Below, in pieces: positions 15,743-17,412 of a stretch of 17,412 bases of DNA; position 1 is the first letter of the stretch; every line of letters starts with the position of its first letter. This DNA is from Fibrobacterota bacterium (GTDB taxonomy: Bacteria; Fibrobacterota; Fibrobacteria; UBA11236): the NCBI GenBank assembly GCA_043753995.1, contig JAYUVP010000343.1, positions 1 through 17,412 of the forward strand, given 5' to 3'. The position numbers were made by a program, and so were the translations under genes. Below the pieces are notes generated by a model. The model did no database searches. It saw only the letters and a program-made list of their open reading frames with translations, and was not told the DNA's origin.

Positions 15743-16426
15743 ATGAAGTTCCTCCTAATCGAGGATGAGCCCCAGCTTTCCGATGCCATCGCCGTCTTTT
15801 TAAAAAAAGCCGGCCATGTCGTCGAAACGGCGCGCAACCTCAAAGCCGCAGAAAAAGCCGTCTATAACGCCTATGATTGCGTGCTGGTGGATATCCTCCT
15901 GCCAGATGGGGACGGGCTTGAAATCATCCGCGACTTGAAGTTGGAGCGCCCGGAAACCGGCATCATCATCATTTCCGCCAAGGACAGCTTGGGGGACAAG
16001 GTCCACGGGCTCAACCTGGGCGCGGACGATTATCTCGCTAAACCTTTCCATCTGGCCGAATTGAATGCCCGCGTGAATGTCTTGGCACGGCGTCATCGGA
16101 GCCATGGTTCCAAACGGATAGAATTCAAAGAGATCGCGATCGATCCCGCCGCCGCCGAGGCGCGCATCCTGGGAAAGGTCGTGGCCCTCACGCGCAAGGA
16201 GTTCGATCTTCTCTTGTATTTCGTGACCAACTTGAATCGCGTGCTTTCCAAGCAGAACATCATCGAACACCTTTGGGAAGACCTCGCCTTGGACGCGGAT
16301 TCGCACGACTTCGTCTATACCCATATCAAGAATCTGCGCAAGAAGCTGGAACATGCCGGCGCCGGCGATTACATCAAGACCGTGTATGGATTGGGCTACC
16401 GGTTTAAGGATCGGGATGACGAGTGA
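15743..16426 (+). CDS. OmpR/PhoB-family DNA-binding response regulator
   Basis: LLIEDE, VDILLPDGDG, ISAKD and GADDYLAKPF; winged helix LTRKEFDLL...THIKNLRKKL...IKTVYGLGYRF. Confidence 0.95.
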   Translation: MKFLLIEDEPQLSDAIAVFLKKAGHVVETARNLKAAEKAVYNAYDCVLVDILLPDGDGLEIIRDLKLERPETGIIIISAKDSLGDKVHGLNLGADDYLAKPFHLAELNARVNVLARRHRSHGSKRIEFKEIAIDPAAAEARILGKVVALTRKEFDLLLYFVTNLNRVLSKQNIIEHLWEDLALDADSHDFVYTHIKNLRKKLEHAGAGDYIKTVYGLGYRFKDRDDE

Positions 16427-17412
16427 GGCTCCTCACCAAGACGACCCTGGCCTATATGCTCATCGCCTTCGCCCTTCTGATACCGGGAGGATGGATTATC
16501 CATGGGATGGTCGAGAAGGAGTTTCGATCCGAGGTCGATGAGGACCTGATGCGACGCCGTCAGAAGATCCAAGGGCAATTGGGGCGCATCGCCACGGCCT
16601 CGCCGGTGGGGCTCCAATTCGAAGCCATGCCCCTTGCCGCTCACCTGGAACAAGCCGACGCTTTCCGGGACACGGCGGTATTCGACAGCCTGGAAGGGGA
16701 GAATGTCCAATACCGGCAATTGACCTATTCCGCCGCGGAGGGCGGCAGGTATTACCGCGTCGTCCTGAGGCAAAGCCTTCTCGAAAGTGATGATATCGTT
16801 GATAATATCACGCAAAGCATTGGCTTTCTCCTTTTCCTCAGCCTGGCGGGCATGCTGCTGGCCCACCTGGGCATAGCCCACTTCCTCTGGAAACCTTTCC
16901 GCCGCACGCTGGAAGCGGTAGAAGGTTTCGATTGGACCCGACCCGGCGAGTTGGCTTTGGAAGCGACCAGCACCCGCGAATTCGAACAATTGAACCGCAT
17001 GCTGGAACGGATGGGCGCGAAGATCCGGGACCACTTCGCCAACCTCAGGGAATTTACCGAGAACGCCAGCCACGAATTGCAAACACCCCTGGCTATCCTT
17101 TCGGCCAAGCTGGAAAACCTGGCCGATGCAGAGGATCTGACCTCCCTGCAAGCGGGGGAAATCCAGGCCATGCAGGCGACGGTGGGGCGCCTGACCCGCA
17201 TGAACCGGGCCCTGGTGCTGCTCTCCAAATTGGAAGGGAGCCAATACCTGGAAAAGGTCTCCGTGGACCTGGGCGGCGAGGCAGAGCGCGTACTCCGCGA
17301 GCATGCGGAATGGATCGGGATGAAAGGGATTTCCATCCAGATCGATACCGCGACGACGTCAAAGGTGATCATGAATGCCGATCTTGCGGGCATTCTCGTT
17401 TCCAACCTCGTC
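16423..17412 (+). CDS. Membrane sensor histidine kinase (CusS/QseC-like), cognate to the upstream regulator; 3'-truncated by the window edge
   Basis: Not in the ORF track; translated by hand from GTG 16423 (GTGA overlap): MRLLTKTTLAYMLIAFALLIPGGWII (TM1), IGFLLFLSLAGMLLAHLGIAHFLWKPF (TM2), HAMP-like linker, H-box FTENASHELQTPL; ends at the N-box ILVSNLV. Confidence 0.92.
   Translation, partial: MRLLTKTTLAYMLIAFALLIPGGWIIHGMVEKEFRSEVDEDLMRRRQKIQGQLGRIATASPVGLQFEAMPLAAHLEQADAFRDTAVFDSLEGENVQYRQLTYSAAEGGRYYRVVLRQSLLESDDIVDNITQSIGFLLFLSLAGMLLAHLGIAHFLWKPFRRTLEAVEGFDWTRPGELALEATSTREFEQLNRMLERMGAKIRDHFANLREFTENASHELQTPLAILSAKLENLADAEDLTSLQAGEIQAMQATVGRLTRMNRALVLLSKLEGSQYLEKVSVDLGGEAERVLREHAEWIGMKGISIQIDTATTSKVIMNADLAGILVSNLV

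Noticed and set aside
16396..17405. Long minus-strand ORFs (302 aa and 217 aa)
   Set aside because: Antisense shadows of the + strand histidine kinase, which has clear TM, HAMP and H-box motifs.
1..17412. CRISPR array, IS/transposase, integrase, prophage or defence-system genes
   Set aside because: No regularly spaced DNA repeats or matching protein motifs seen. The Asp-box repeats are protein-level and divergent at the DNA level.

Overview
Gene-dense bacterial chromosomal window of mostly accessory, envelope and signalling genes. The C-terminal tails of two secreted proteins and a Bacteroidota-style two-component pair suggest an FCB-group host such as Fibrobacterota; this is inference. Left to right: a partial Wzx-type flippase translationally coupled to an AmgK-like phosphotransferase, a stand-alone 75-aa flagellar-rod-like protein, a secreted His-rich beta-helix protein, a large Asp-box/BNR protein, an isolated and divergent larB, a membrane-anchored HD-GYP protein with a coupled lipoprotein, ygiD dioxygenase, a secreted alpha/beta hydrolase, a MASE1-PAS-PAS hybrid histidine kinase, a divergent TetR/SDR pair with a clear operator, and an OmpR-family regulator plus a partial sensor kinase. 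I saw no rRNA, tRNA, CRISPR array, transposase or integrase. I cannot support a single coherent new multi-gene system. The best leads are (i) a candidate structured RNA at about 3497-3600 that partly resembles the ZMP/ZTP riboswitch, (ii) a TANNNT-N6-start, leaderless-type layout recurring at four genes, (iii) the orphan larB with altered motifs, and (iv) the HD-GYP/lipoprotein pair.
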